Shown here one piece after another: positions 1-9,925 of a DNA stretch of 64,000 bases. The position numbers were made by a program, and so were the translations under genes. Numbering within the stretch: position 1 is the first letter of the stretch; each line of letters starts with the position of its first letter. Origin of the DNA: an uncultured bacterium (lineage in GTDB: Bacteria; Acidobacteriota; Thermoanaerobaculia; Multivoradales; JAHEKO01); the NCBI GenBank assembly GCA_905479655.1, contig CAJQNK010000121.1, positions 14,732-78,731 on the forward strand, read 5' to 3'. The notes under the pieces were generated by a model that had not been told where the DNA came from, searched no databases, and saw only the letters and a list, made by a program, of their open reading frames with translations.

Positions 1-2
1 CG

Positions 3-1781
3 CCCCTGATCATCTCGCCCCACTCCCCGACCCGCCTTTACTACGCCTCCCAGCGTCTGTTCCGCTCGGACGACCGGGGCGACTCGTGGACGGCCATCTC
101 CGGGGATCTGAGCCGGCAGCTCGACCGCGACCAGCTCGAGGTCATGGGTCGCCTGTGGGAGATGGACGCGGTGCACAAGAACATCTCGACCTCCGACTAC
201 GGCAACATCGTGGCGATCAGCGAGTCGCCGTTGGTGGAGGGCCTGATCTACGTCGGCACGGACGACGGCCTGATCCAGGTGACCGAGGACGGCGGCGGCG
301 CCTGGCGCAAGGTGGAGAGCGTGCCCGGCGTGCCGGAACGGACCTACATCAGCGACGTCGAGGCCTCCCTGCACGACGCCGACACGGTCTACGCCACCTT
401 CAACAACAAGAAGATGGGCGACTTCACGCCCTACGTGGCGGTCAGCCGCGACCGCGGACGCACCTGGTCGTCCATCGTCGGCGGCCTGCCGGACCGCCAG
501 ATCGCCTACACCCTGATCCAGGACCACGAGAAGCCGGAGCTGCTCTTCCTCGGCACCGAGTTCGGCCTCTTCGCGACTCTCGACGAGGGCGGAAGCTGGC
601 TGCAGCTTCAGGGCGGCCTGCCGACGATCCAGGTGCGGGACCTCGACATCCAGAGGGAGTGGAACGACCTGGCGGTGGCCTCCTTCGGCCGCGGCTTCTT
701 CATCCTGGACGACTACACCCCGCTGCGGGAGCTGTCCGAGGAGCGGCTGGCGGAGCAGGAGGCGATCCTCTTCCCGGCCCGGCAGGCGCTTCGCTACATG
801 GAGAAGAGCGACCGCGTCATGTCCCGCGGCGCCGCCTTCTGGACCGCCCCGAATCCGCCTTACGGCGCGGTCTTCACCTACTGGCTGCGCGACGGTCTCG
901 AGACCCTGCGCGAGCGGCGGATCGAGGCCGAGAAGGAGGCGCGGGAGGCGGAGGCGGACCCGCCGCTCCCCTCCATGGACGAGCTGCGCGCGGAGGACCT
1001 GGAGGTCGCCCCGGCGCTGTTCCTGGTGGTCCGCGACGACACCGGCGAGGTGGTGCGGCGGGTGAGCGTGGACCGGGAGGCGGGGCTGCACCGGGCGGCC
1101 TGGGATCTGCGCTGGCCGGCGGCGTCGCCGACGGACCTGCGACCGCCCTCCGACCTCATGCCGTGGGAGGAGCCGGACCGGGGCCCGCTGGTCGTGCCCG
1201 GGGTCTACGCCGTGAGTCTCGAGAGCCGCGTCGCGGGGGCGACCGAGGTGCTATCGGGCCCGGTCGATGTCGACGTGGTGCCGCTGGAGCTCGCCACCCT
1301 CGCCGCCGGGGACAAGGCGGCGGTGATGGCGTTCCAGAAGGAGGTGCGGGAGCTGCGACGCGCCGTGCTCGGCGCCGAGCATTTCACCGGCGAGGTCGGC
1401 GGGCGGGTGCGCCACCTGCGCCGGGCCTTGGCCGACACCCCGGCGGCCGGCGCCGCCCTGATGGTGGAGCTCGAGGGGGTGAAGGGTCGTCTCGACGAGA
1501 TCCGCCTCGCCCTGGTCGGCAACCCGACGAAGGCCGAGCGCAACGTCTTCCAGCCGCCGTCGATCCAGGAGCGCGTGGATCGCATCACCTGGGATCTCTG
1601 GTACCACACCCAGCCGCCCACCGAGACCCACCGCAAGGCCTATCGCTGGGCGGCGGACGCCTTCGCCGGGCAGTTGGCCGCCCTCGAGGTCCTGGCGACG
1701 GATCTGGCGGCCCTGGAGGCGAAGGCGGAGGCGGCGGGAGCGCCGTGGACGCCAGGGCGGATGCCGACCTGGAAGGAGTAG
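3..1781 (+). CDS. BNR/sortilin(VPS10)-like beta-propeller glycosidase-like protein, C-terminal part (5' end lies outside the window)
   Basis: The frame of the 144..1781 ORF stays open back to base 3 with no stop (PLIISPHSPTRLYYASQRLFRSDDRGDSWTAISGDL...). The motif 'YYASQRLFRSDDRGDSWTAISGDL' matches 'IYVGAQVLFRSLDGGASWETISPDL' in the paralog at 51635..54598. Repeated D-x-G-x-SW-type BNR-like segments (TEDGGGAWRKV, SRDRGRTWSSI, LDEGGSWLQL). Confidence 0.8.
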   Translation, partial: PLIISPHSPTRLYYASQRLFRSDDRGDSWTAISGDLSRQLDRDQLEVMGRLWEMDAVHKNISTSDYGNIVAISESPLVEGLIYVGTDDGLIQVTEDGGGAWRKVESVPGVPERTYISDVEASLHDADTVYATFNNKKMGDFTPYVAVSRDRGRTWSSIVGGLPDRQIAYTLIQDHEKPELLFLGTEFGLFATLDEGGSWLQLQGGLPTIQVRDLDIQREWNDLAVASFGRGFFILDDYTPLRELSEERLAEQEAILFPARQALRYMEKSDRVMSRGAAFWTAPNPPYGAVFTYWLRDGLETLRERRIEAEKEAREAEADPPLPSMDELRAEDLEVAPALFLVVRDDTGEVVRRVSVDREAGLHRAAWDLRWPAASPTDLRPPSDLMPWEEPDRGPLVVPGVYAVSLESRVAGATEVLSGPVDVDVVPLELATLAAGDKAAVMAFQKEVRELRRAVLGAEHFTGEVGGRVRHLRRALADTPAAGAALMVELEGVKGRLDEIRLALVGNPTKAERNVFQPPSIQERVDRITWDLWYHTQPPTETHRKAYRWAADAFAGQLAALEVLATDLAALEAKAEAAGAPWTPGRMPTWKE

Positions 1782-1787
1782 CGGGAT

Positions 1788-1819
1788 CCGGCGCGGCGGG
1801 GCCGTCCCGCCGCGCCCGG
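1788..1819 (+). terminator. GC-rich stem-loop immediately after the stop codon (putative terminator; no clear U-tract)
   Basis: CCGGCGCGGCGGGG cgtc CCGCCGCGCCCGG forms an inverted repeat starting 7 nt after the TAG at 1779-1781. Confidence 0.35.
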
Positions 1820-2027
1820 CTCTCGGCTGTCCGCGCGGACCCCGGACCGACCGGTGGGAGCGGCGGCGCCCGTGGCCGCCGTCGCATTCGACCCTCCGGC
1901 TCGGACCTCGATTCCGGAGCGTGAAACTGCCCTCCACGCCGCGTCCCGCCCGGTCCGGCACCGGACGGCGAGCCGCCGGGACGGAGGTGCGTCCCGGCCC
2001 TCGGCTATGTGAGACAATCCCCGGACC

Positions 2028-4538
2028 ATGAACCGACTCCCGTCAGTGCGGCCCCATCTCCTCGTCGTCCTCGTCGCAGCTCTGCTGCTGTTCCCGGGGG
2101 TGCTCGCGGCCGCTGACGCCCCCTGGCCGATCTTCCGGGGGCCTCATGGCACCGGGGTGGCGGCCGAGGGTCTGCCGGCGGGCGACGGGCCGCTCGGACT
2201 CGACCTGGCCTGGAAGCGGCCGCTCGGCAGTGGCTACTCGGCGATCTCCGTCGCCGAAGGTCTCCTGGTGACGGCCTTCCAGGCGGGGGAGCGGGACGTC
2301 GTGGCGGCTTTCGACCCGGCGTCGGGCGACGAGCGGTGGCGGATCGACCTGTCGAAGACCCATGTCGGCCACGACGGCTCCCACGACGGCCCGATGGCCA
2401 CTCCGGCGATCGCCGCGGGAAGGGTCTTCATGGTCGGAGGCTGGGGGGACGTGGTCGCCCTCGAGACCCGCACCGGAAGGGAGATCTGGCGGATCGACCT
2501 GGTCGAGGATCTGGGCTGCGAGCCGCCGTACTACGGCTTCGCGAGCTCGCCGGCGCTGATCGGCGAGAGGGTCGTGCTGCAGGTGGGCGGACCGGAGGCG
2601 GCAGTGGTGGCTCTCGCCGCCGCGACCGGTGAGCTGCTCTGGCGGACCGAGGTGGGCGGGGAGGTGGGGGCGCAGTCGCCGATCGTGGCCGAGCTGGCGG
2701 GGAAGCTCCAGATCCTGACGATGGGGACGAGCGAGGCGGTGGGCCTCGACGCGTCGGACGGCTCGATCCTGTGGCGGTACGAGCACGGCGGAGGCGAGTC
2801 GGGGACGGGTGCCTACACGTCGTCCCCCCTGCCCGTGGGCGGCGACCGCCTCCTCCTCAAGCACGACGGCGAGGCCTCCGCGGTGGTCACCGTGACGGCG
2901 CCGGAAGGCTCCTCGAGCGAGGGGGGATCCGGAGGGGGCCTCGGGGTCGCTCACCTGGCGGACAGCCGTGCGATGTCGCGCAGCTACAGCCCGGCGACCG
3001 TGGCGGAGGGGACGGTCTACGGCTACACCGCCCGCTTCCTGAGCGCGGTCGACCCGGCGACCGGCGACCTCCTGTGGCGCAGCCGGGAAGTGGGAGACGG
3101 CTTCGTCATCATGATCGACGGCCATCTGTTGGTGCTCGAGAAGACGGGCGGCCTGCACCTCGGGGTCGTCACTCCCGAGGGCTGGAGTGAGGTCACGACG
3201 CTCGACCTGTTCGCGGACGACCTGGCCTGGACCCCGCCGAGCTACGCCGACGGCGCCGTCTACGCTCGCAGCCTGGGCGAGATCGCCCGCATCGACGTGG
3301 TGCGTGGGCCGGTGACGCGCCTGGCCTCCGCGCGCCGGCAGGAGATGCCGGCCCTGCTCACCGGGCTGGCGGCGACCGTCGGCGCGGCCGACGAGCCCGC
3401 GGGGGTCGTCGACGACTTCCTGGCCGGTCGCGATCTGCCGCTGGTCGACGGCGAGGACGTGGTCTTCCTGTGGCGCGGGGAGGCCGAGGATGTGGCCGTC
3501 GCGGGGGACATGATCGGCATGCGCCGCGAGGAGCCGATGCGTCGCCTCGAAGGAACCGACCTCTGGTGGTGGCACACGCGGCTCGACCGCCGCGCGCACA
3601 TCAGCTACCGCTTCTACGTCGACTACCAGGCGACCCTCGATCCGGCGCACGACCGCACCGTCGTCTCGACGGTCCTGGGATCCGACATGAACTGGAACCG
3701 GGGGGAGCCGGCGGAGATGTCGTGGTTCGCCATGCCCGAGTGGCCCGGCTCGGCCTCCGCGATCGGCGGAGCCGTGACCCCGGAGGCGGGCGGCCGCCTC
3801 GAGACCTTCGAGGTCACGCTCGAGCGCACGGCCCCGGAGGGCGAGGAGGCCCTGGAGCCGCTTCCTCTGCCGCTCGAGGTCTGGGTGCCGCCCGGCTACG
3901 ACGAAGGGGACGAGCGTTACCCGGTCGTCTTCGTCCACCACGCGGCGGCCCGCGAGCCGGGGCGCTGGGTCGAGAGTCTCGACGCGGGAGTGGGGCGGTC
4001 CTTCGCCCCGGTGATCGTCGTCTTCGTCGACTATCCGCGCGCGCCGGGCCTCAGCGGCACCTTCGTGGGCCAGGTCGTTCCGGCGATCGACGGGCACTAC
4101 CGCACCCTCGACGAGCGGGGCGCCCGCGCCAACGTGGGCATGGGCTGGCCGGGCTTCTCGGCGGCGCGGCTCACCTTCTCCCATCCGGAGACCTTCGGCG
4201 TCCTCGGGGTGCAGAGTCTCTACCTTCTCGAGGAGCAGATGGGGATGCTCGAGGCCGCCATCGACGAGGGCGGCGCCGCGCGACAGCCGATGCGCATCTA
4301 CCTGGAGTGGGGCCGCTGGGATCTGGTGAGTCCCCACGAGGAGATGGACTTCCGCTACTCGTCCCGCTGGGCGTGGGATCTGTTCGAGGAGAAGGGCTGG
4401 GAGCCGACCGGCGGCGAGGTCTGGGACTCGACCGACTTCGCGAGCTGGGGGAACCGGACCGGGGTCCTGCTCGGCGAGCTGTTCCCGGCGGAGGGCGGGG
4501 AGAGCGGCCTCGACCGCTGGCTCACGGCGTCGCGATAG
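2028..4538 (+). CDS. Secreted PQQ-like beta-propeller repeat protein fused to a C-terminal enterochelin-esterase-like (putative esterase) domain
   Basis: Signal peptide (LLVVLVAALLLFPGVLAAADA). PQQ/BamB-like repeats (LWR/IWR-containing blades). The C-terminal region has 'LWWWHTRLDRRAHISYRFYVDYQ' and 'YPVVFVHH...VIVVFVDYP', typical of the enterochelin esterase / esterase D family. The expected GxSxG nucleophile is not obvious (GMGWPG). Confidence 0.75.
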   Translation: MNRLPSVRPHLLVVLVAALLLFPGVLAAADAPWPIFRGPHGTGVAAEGLPAGDGPLGLDLAWKRPLGSGYSAISVAEGLLVTAFQAGERDVVAAFDPASGDERWRIDLSKTHVGHDGSHDGPMATPAIAAGRVFMVGGWGDVVALETRTGREIWRIDLVEDLGCEPPYYGFASSPALIGERVVLQVGGPEAAVVALAAATGELLWRTEVGGEVGAQSPIVAELAGKLQILTMGTSEAVGLDASDGSILWRYEHGGGESGTGAYTSSPLPVGGDRLLLKHDGEASAVVTVTAPEGSSSEGGSGGGLGVAHLADSRAMSRSYSPATVAEGTVYGYTARFLSAVDPATGDLLWRSREVGDGFVIMIDGHLLVLEKTGGLHLGVVTPEGWSEVTTLDLFADDLAWTPPSYADGAVYARSLGEIARIDVVRGPVTRLASARRQEMPALLTGLAATVGAADEPAGVVDDFLAGRDLPLVDGEDVVFLWRGEAEDVAVAGDMIGMRREEPMRRLEGTDLWWWHTRLDRRAHISYRFYVDYQATLDPAHDRTVVSTVLGSDMNWNRGEPAEMSWFAMPEWPGSASAIGGAVTPEAGGRLETFEVTLERTAPEGEEALEPLPLPLEVWVPPGYDEGDERYPVVFVHHAAAREPGRWVESLDAGVGRSFAPVIVVFVDYPRAPGLSGTFVGQVVPAIDGHYRTLDERGARANVGMGWPGFSAARLTFSHPETFGVLGVQSLYLLEEQMGMLEAAIDEGGAARQPMRIYLEWGRWDLVSPHEEMDFRYSSRWAWDLFEEKGWEPTGGEVWDSTDFASWGNRTGVLLGELFPAEGGESGLDRWLTASR

Positions 4539-4678
4539 GGCCGTCGCTCGTCCGGCCTCCGCGCTCCCGCACTCCCGGTGCGCCGGCCGGAGGACGTAAG
4601 AAGGGGCCGTCGGCTCCGTAGTTCCTGGGAGGGGACCCCCCGGCTGACCGCGGTGGTCCCGCCGGAGGAGCTGCCTCC

Positions 4679-5347
4679 ATGACCACGACCCCGCGCCGTC
4701 TCCGCGTCTGCTGCCTCGTTCTGGGCCTCGTTCCGGGTTTCCTGTCCAGCCCTCTTCCCGCGGCCGCCGAGTCGACGCTCGAGGTGCGGCCCTTCCCCTC
4801 GGACCCGATCCCGGCCTGGCCGGCGGCGCAGGACGGGGCACCGCCGACCCTGGCTCCCGGAGAGGCGGCGGTGGCGCGGGAGGTCTACCTGGCGGCGCCG
4901 AGGCTGCCCGACGAGGTGGTGGTGACCGCGGTCGGGGATGGCGACGCGATGGCCCGTGCGGAGATTGCGGTCCTGGCGCCGCCCGAGCCGCTCTGGAAGA
5001 TGCCCCTCGAGGGGGTCTGGCTCACCAGCTCCCTGCCGTCGCCGGCGAGTCACCACCGGTTCCACTGGCAGACGGAGTTCGCCGTCGACTTCTGGAACGT
5101 CGGCCCGGACGGCCTCCACACCGCCTACGGTCATCTGCGGACGGGGAGCGTCCGCGTCCGGGTGGGCGACGAGGCGGAAGCCGGGCAACCCATCGCGGAG
5201 GTGGGCGACACGGGCGACACCCCGCTCGTCCACCTCCACTTCCAGGTCAACGCCGGACCCGACCCTCTCGCCTCGCGCAGCCTGCCCTTCCGCTTCACCG
5301 ACACGCGGGCGCGAATCGACCCGGGAGTGTTCCTGGGGACGGAGTAG
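4679..5347 (+). CDS. Peptidase M23 (LytM-domain) family protein, secreted
   Basis: Signal peptide (RLRVCCLVLGLVPGFLSSPLPAAAES). M23 motifs 'HTAYGHL', 'GDTGDT' and 'LHFQV' (H-x-H). Confidence 0.8.
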   Translation: MTTTPRRLRVCCLVLGLVPGFLSSPLPAAAESTLEVRPFPSDPIPAWPAAQDGAPPTLAPGEAAVAREVYLAAPRLPDEVVVTAVGDGDAMARAEIAVLAPPEPLWKMPLEGVWLTSSLPSPASHHRFHWQTEFAVDFWNVGPDGLHTAYGHLRTGSVRVRVGDEAEAGQPIAEVGDTGDTPLVHLHFQVNAGPDPLASRSLPFRFTDTRARIDPGVFLGTE

Positions 5348-5376
5348 GAGCCGCGCGCCGCGGCGCGCCGCCCCGC

Positions 5377-6723
5377 TCAGCGCCCCTGGCTCACGAGCCG
5401 GAGCTTGCTCCCCACGACCTGCCGGCCGACCTCCCTCCCGAGGTCTACCCCCGCCACCGAGTCGTAGCGGAAGTGGATGCCGAGGTAGAGCCTCGACAGG
5501 CCACACTCCGTCGCCGCTTCGGAGAAGCTCGCGAACGACCGGCTCGGAGGGTCCATCGGGATCTTCTCCGACATCGGCCCCGCCGCGTCCACCTCGGGGA
5601 TCGTCATGGTGACCGGCCGGTCCGCGCCGAAGACCTCCGCCATGACGGTCATGGCCGCCGCGCAGGCGGTGCCGTGGGCCGACGGATAGGAGGGGAAGGC
5701 GTAGGTGTGCCGGTGCAGGTTGTTCCACTCCGGGTCGGGCTCGGTGTCGGGGTTCCCGTCGTTGGCGGCCCACCGGATCGCCGTGTACGGACGCCAGTGG
5801 TTGTAGTGGAACTTGTCGTCGAAGACCGTCAGGTAGCCGTCGAAGATGCTGGCCTCGAGCAGGGCGAAGAGCCGCGCCGTCTCCCAGGCGTCGAGTCCCT
5901 CCTCGGCGGCGAGCTCGCGGGCGAGGCGGCTGTGGGAGCTCTCCACGAACTCCTTCCACCACATGGCGAGATGCGTCTGGTCGGCCGTGCGGGTTGCGCT
6001 CTCGTGGCGCCCCACCTCCTTGACCTCGTCGAAGGCTCGCGTGTAGGCCTCGCTCGAGATCTCCGGTGGGGGCGGCGCCCGGAGCTGGTCCGGCGCGTCG
6101 AGCACGAAGGGTCGGGCGGTGGCCCAGCCGGCTCCGAAGACGAAGCCCTCCGGGGTGCCGCTGTGCTCGGAGAACTCGGCGTAGACGCCGGGCCCCATGG
6201 GATGCCAGCGGTACTCGGCTTCGCTGTCCCAGCCGTCGCCCCGGCGCTCGGCCAGGATCCGGGCGGCGCTCGCGTCGCCGATCTCGACGCCGAGTCGCCG
6301 GGCGTCGCCCGGCTCGGCCTCGGAGAGCCAGCGCCCCAGCTCCTCGGCGAAGGTCGCCTCCCGGTCCGGGTACTGGTCGACGGCCACCGCGTAGGCCGCT
6401 CGGGCGGCGGCGGCGAGCGGGTCGGCCCGCCGGGCGGAGTCGCCAGCCGGTTGGGCCATCACGAACGTCTCGTAACGAGGGTCGATCGTGTTGAGCGCGT
6501 CGTGCTGGGCCAGGTGGGCCATGGTGGCGGTCCGCAACCCCTTCAGCGTGAGGAAGTGGTCCTCGGCCTCGGCCGCCTCCAGAATCCGGTCGTTGAAGGC
6601 TCGGATGACCTCGCCCGAGACGAGCTCGGTCGACGTCTCCGACACCGCGGGGGGCGGGGTACTGGATGGGCATCCGGCCAGGGCGAGCGCCGCGATCCAG
6701 GTCGCGTGTCTGGGGTTTATCAT
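5377..6723 (-). CDS. PAP2-superfamily vanadium-dependent haloperoxidase-like lipoprotein
   Basis: Lipobox 'ALALAGC'. PAP2/vHPO motifs: K-x6-RP (DKFHYNHWRP), PSYPSAHG, SRLYLGIHFRYD (SR-x5-H-x3-D). Confidence 0.8.
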   Translation of the reverse strand: MINPRHATWIAALALAGCPSSTPPPAVSETSTELVSGEVIRAFNDRILEAAEAEDHFLTLKGLRTATMAHLAQHDALNTIDPRYETFVMAQPAGDSARRADPLAAAARAAYAVAVDQYPDREATFAEELGRWLSEAEPGDARRLGVEIGDASAARILAERRGDGWDSEAEYRWHPMGPGVYAEFSEHSGTPEGFVFGAGWATARPFVLDAPDQLRAPPPPEISSEAYTRAFDEVKEVGRHESATRTADQTHLAMWWKEFVESSHSRLARELAAEEGLDAWETARLFALLEASIFDGYLTVFDDKFHYNHWRPYTAIRWAANDGNPDTEPDPEWNNLHRHTYAFPSYPSAHGTACAAAMTVMAEVFGADRPVTMTIPEVDAAGPMSEKIPMDPPSRSFASFSEAATECGLSRLYLGIHFRYDSVAGVDLGREVGRQVVGSKLRLVSQGR

Positions 6724-6914
6724 CCGTCTCCTCGTGCTCGGGTCTCTTTCGGCCGGGTGGGCGCGGGACGTCTACGAGCGCGACGCCGGCGGACCGGCGG
6801 CTCGGCCGGGGGGCCGGAAGCCGGTTCGCGCCGGCCAACGCTCGAATTTCGGGTGAGTGGGAAAAATCTACCACTCCGACCGGGCGGAGAGCCATCGGGG
6901 TCCGGCCCCGGACC

Positions 6915-8213
6915 TCAGCCGCGCCGCCGGTGGTCCGTGAAGCGCCGGGCCTTCAGGTCGAAGCGGGGGAGCGTGCCCCGGAGCACCGGTTCGACGCCGC
7001 AGCGGATGCCGATGGAGTTGCGGAGCTCTTCGCGCAGGGCCGCGGCGGCGGCATCCGGGTCGTCGTCCGCCACCTCGATCCGGATCTCGAGTTCGTCGAG
7101 CTCCTCGCGGCGGTGGATATCGACCGCGAACTCTCCGACCTGCGGGAAACGGCGTACGACGTTCTCGATGGCCGAGGGGAAGATGTTGATGCCGCGGACG
7201 GTGAGCGCGTCGTCCACGCGGCCGATGACGCCCCCCTCGAGTCGTCGGTAGGTGCGGCCGTCCGGGGAGGGGGTCGTCGCGAGTCGCACCCGGTCGCCGG
7301 TGCGGTAGCGGATCACCGGGAAGCCGAGGCGACCCAGGTTCGTGATCACCAGCTCGCCCTCGTTCGCCGCCTCGCCGGTCGCGGGGTCGATCACCTCGAA
7401 GACGAACTCACCCTCGTTGAGGTAGAGGCCGTCCTGGGCCAGGGACTCGTAGCCCCAGGCGCCCACCTCCGTCGCCCCGGCGTGGTCGTAGGCCAGGGCG
7501 CCCCAGGCCCGCTGGATGCGCGAGCGCGTGCCCGGCAGGCTGGCCCCGGGCTCGCCCGCGTGGATGGTGACGCGCACGGGAGAACGGGCGAGGTCCAGAC
7601 CCTCCTCCTCGGCCACCTCCGCGAGGTGCAGGGCGTAGGTGGGCGTGCACACCAGCACCGTGACCTCGTGGGTCAGGAGGGCCCGGACCCGTTGCAGCGA
7701 CGACATGCCGCCGCCGGGCAGCGCCAGGGCGCCGATGCGGCGGGCACCGTCGTAGGCGCTCCAGAAGCCGACGAACGGTCCGAACGAGAAAGCGAAGAAG
7801 ATCCGGTCCCGGGGTGTCACGCCGACGGCTCGGTAGACCGAGGCCCAGCAGCGGCACCACCAGGCCCAGCTCTCGTCGGTGTCGGGGCAGACGAGGGGCT
7901 GGCCCGTCGTGCCGGAGGTCTGGTGGATCCGGGTGTAGCGGTCACGGGGCCAGGTCAGGTTGCTGCCGTAGGGTGGATGGGCCGCCTGGTCGTCCGTGAG
8001 CTCCTGCTTGGTGGTGAAGGGCAGCCGCCGGAAGTCTTCCCAGGAGGCCACGTCGGCCGGCGACTCCACGCCCGCGCCCGCGAGCCGACTCCGGTGGAAC
8101 CGGTTGTGCTCCAGCACCGGTTCCAGGGCGTGGCGGAAGCGGTGGAGCTGGAGCTCCTCGAGCGCCGCGCGGCCGAGGGTCTCGAGGAAGGGGTCGGAGA
8201 ATCGTTCGCTCAT
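6915..8213 (-). CDS. Phenylacetate-CoA ligase (PaaK) / coenzyme F390 synthetase family adenylate-forming enzyme
   Basis: AMP-binding motif 'TSGTTGQP'. The PaaK-family architecture is kept along the full length (...VRGINIFP...). Size 432 aa. Confidence 0.8.
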   Translation of the reverse strand: MSERFSDPFLETLGRAALEELQLHRFRHALEPVLEHNRFHRSRLAGAGVESPADVASWEDFRRLPFTTKQELTDDQAAHPPYGSNLTWPRDRYTRIHQTSGTTGQPLVCPDTDESWAWWCRCWASVYRAVGVTPRDRIFFAFSFGPFVGFWSAYDGARRIGALALPGGGMSSLQRVRALLTHEVTVLVCTPTYALHLAEVAEEEGLDLARSPVRVTIHAGEPGASLPGTRSRIQRAWGALAYDHAGATEVGAWGYESLAQDGLYLNEGEFVFEVIDPATGEAANEGELVITNLGRLGFPVIRYRTGDRVRLATTPSPDGRTYRRLEGGVIGRVDDALTVRGINIFPSAIENVVRRFPQVGEFAVDIHRREELDELEIRIEVADDDPDAAAAALREELRNSIGIRCGVEPVLRGTLPRFDLKARRFTDHRRRG

Positions 8214-8246
8214 CTCGGGTCTCTCGGGGTCTCGTCGCGGAGGGTC

Positions 8247-8849
8247 TCAGTGGTGCGAGGGCAGGGTGTCGTCGCCGATCGGGAACTTCTCCTGGATCAG
8301 CATCCAGGGCCGGCCCGCGGCCAGGATGCGGTAGGTGCGGCAGAGCAGAGCTCCGGGGGGCGCTCCGGGTGGCGCCGGCTCCGGCGACTCGCGGCCATAC
8401 CAGAGGATCTCCCTGCGGGTCTCCAGGTGGGCGTCGGCGAGGATCCTCCCCAGGCCCTGCGGATGGACGCGGAGCTGGTCTTGGAGCTCCTCGGGCAGCC
8501 TCTCCACCAGCACGAGGGAGGCGGCGAAGGCGTAGAAGCGGTTCGTATGGCGACCGCGGAGCACCACTTCCCGGGCGAGGATCGGCGAGCCCGCCGGCGC
8601 CTCGAGCCAGTCGTGGTCGTCGGGCAGCTCCCGCCGCTCCTGACTCACCACGGTGACCTGCACCGGCTCCATGCGGAACGCCTCGATGAAGCGGGTGACC
8701 GTCCCGTCGATCGACAGGAGGGCCCTCTGAAAAGGGGAGAGGGCGCGCAGGTTCACCGGCTTGAGCTCGGCGGGACGGGCGAACTGCGCGACGAACAGCT
8801 CCTCGAGGGGGTCCGCCTCGCGCCCGGGCCTGGAGTGCGGAAAGCTCAC
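8247..8849 (-). CDS. Chorismate-lyase-like (UbiC/DUF98 fold) protein; start probably GTG at 8849
   Basis: 'LSIDGTVTRFIEAF...VVSQE...ILAREVVLRG...LPEELQDQL...GLGRIL' resembles the Chor_lyase family. The upstream part of the 8247..9086 ORF is Arg/Pro-rich and looks non-coding. The GTG at 8849 is the first plausible in-frame start. Confidence 0.55.
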   Translation of the reverse strand: MSFPHSRPGREADPLEELFVAQFARPAELKPVNLRALSPFQRALLSIDGTVTRFIEAFRMEPVQVTVVSQERRELPDDHDWLEAPAGSPILAREVVLRGRHTNRFYAFAASLVLVERLPEELQDQLRVHPQGLGRILADAHLETRREILWYGRESPEPAPPGAPPGALLCRTYRILAAGRPWMLIQEKFPIGDDTLPSHH

Positions 8850-9475
8850 GGCCGAGGGCCCCCGGAGAGCCCGGGCGGGAGCGGGCCGATGGCCTCCCGG
8901 TGGCGGGAGGTCGGTGGCGGGATGACCACCGCGAAGGGGGACGCGGCGACGACCGATGACATGAGAACCTCCAAACGCGAGTTCCGAAACTAGCACGTCG
9001 GGTGGCCGTCGGGCGACCGATGGCTCGCGTCGGCAGGGGGTCACGAGTGTGTGGCTGCGGCTTGGCGCGGTTCTCCGAAGCTCCACCGCCGGTCGGTGAA
9101 GCCAGCCGCCATCACGCGCGTCGTGCCGCTCAGGATCCCATCAGACCCTTACCAAGCTGCAGAAGGCGAAGAAGACTGCCGGTGACGCCCGGTGCTCCCG
9201 CCAGCACTCGCTGAACGCGGTGGTTAGCCGAACGACGCTCACACCTCTAGGTCCCCAGCTTGTCATCTCTCAGCGTCTCACTTGGACCCGTGATAGGCTC
9301 CAGCGCGCCCCATGGGAAGAGCTGGCTGCCGATTCCGGTTCCTGAAATGGCGGAGGCAGCGGGGGATCGAAGCTTGGCCGTAGCCGGTCCTGTCACCCTG
9401 AGCTCGCCCGGTGCAGCAACAGCTACCCCCTCCACCGCCCCACCTTGCAGGGCTTAACCCACTCAAGACTTGACT

Positions 9476-9495
9476 GAGCTTAACCCGGGAGTTAA
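9476..9495. promoter_or_regulatory. Perfect palindrome GCTTAAC-ccggga-GTTAAGC, candidate HigA-type operator upstream of the toxin gene
   Basis: Inverted repeat seen directly in the sequence, inside the lower-GC intergenic/leader region just before the HigB-like ORF. Confidence 0.4.
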
Positions 9496-9556
9496 GCTAC
9501 GCTTAGTCCGTCTCGGCCATAAGGTCTGGGAGGTGCTAGCCGTGCTGGACGAGAGT

Positions 9557-9925
9557 ATGAACTGCCCCGTCCTCGATGGCCTGGAGGGACTGGATCCCAA
9601 GAAGCACGTAGAAGCTCTTCACCACATTCTCTTTGACCGAGTCCCAGATGCTGGTCCGACAAGGGAGGCCGTCGGTCGGTGGGTCTCTCGCAGCTTGGGT
9701 GACGCTGTTTTCGAGTTCTGCAAGGGGCCCCGTCGAGGTGCAAAGCTCCGAGTTACGTGGTTCTACGGCCGACCGCCACGGCACAAGCAGACGATCATCT
9801 GCGTGAGCGCCTTCAAGAAGAGAGACCAGACACCAAAGCATGAGAAGGCGCTAGCAGTAGAAACTCGAAGGCGATACCTAGTAGCGCCGGACTCGGTGAA
9901 GGTCTTCGACCTGGAGGATCTATGA
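9557..9925 (+). CDS. higB: HigB/Gp49-like (RelE/ParE superfamily, PF05973-like) toxin; alternative upstream start at 9470
   Basis: C-terminal 'VTWFYG..RHKQTIICVSAFKKRDQTPKHEKALAVETRRRY' matches the Gp49/HigB signature (h-G-F-x-KK-x-Q-K-T-P). A 4-bp ATGA overlap with the downstream XRE gene. Lower GC than the surroundings. Confidence 0.65.
   Translation: MNCPVLDGLEGLDPKKHVEALHHILFDRVPDAGPTREAVGRWVSRSLGDAVFEFCKGPRRGAKLRVTWFYGRPPRHKQTIICVSAFKKRDQTPKHEKALAVETRRRYLVAPDSVKVFDLEDL

Noticed and set aside
86-1924. 612-aa ORF overlapping gene 1 in another frame
   Set aside because: Arg/Gly/Pro-rich low-complexity translation, typical of an off-frame in high-GC DNA. The overlapping frame has clear BNR/sortilin homology.
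2043-8993. Very long antisense or off-frame ORFs (2043..4841 -, 4355..6895 -, 5473..7251 +, 6666..8993 +)
   Set aside because: No recognisable motifs and an RPGA-rich composition. Each lies opposite a gene with strong domain signatures. Stop-codon scarcity at about 72% GC explains them.
8850-9086. Upstream extension of the chorismate-lyase-like ORF to ATG 9086
   Set aside because: The extension is RPG-rich with no similarity. A frame I first read as starting at ATG 8962 terminates after 41 codons. The GTG at 8849 gives a protein of typical Chor_lyase size.
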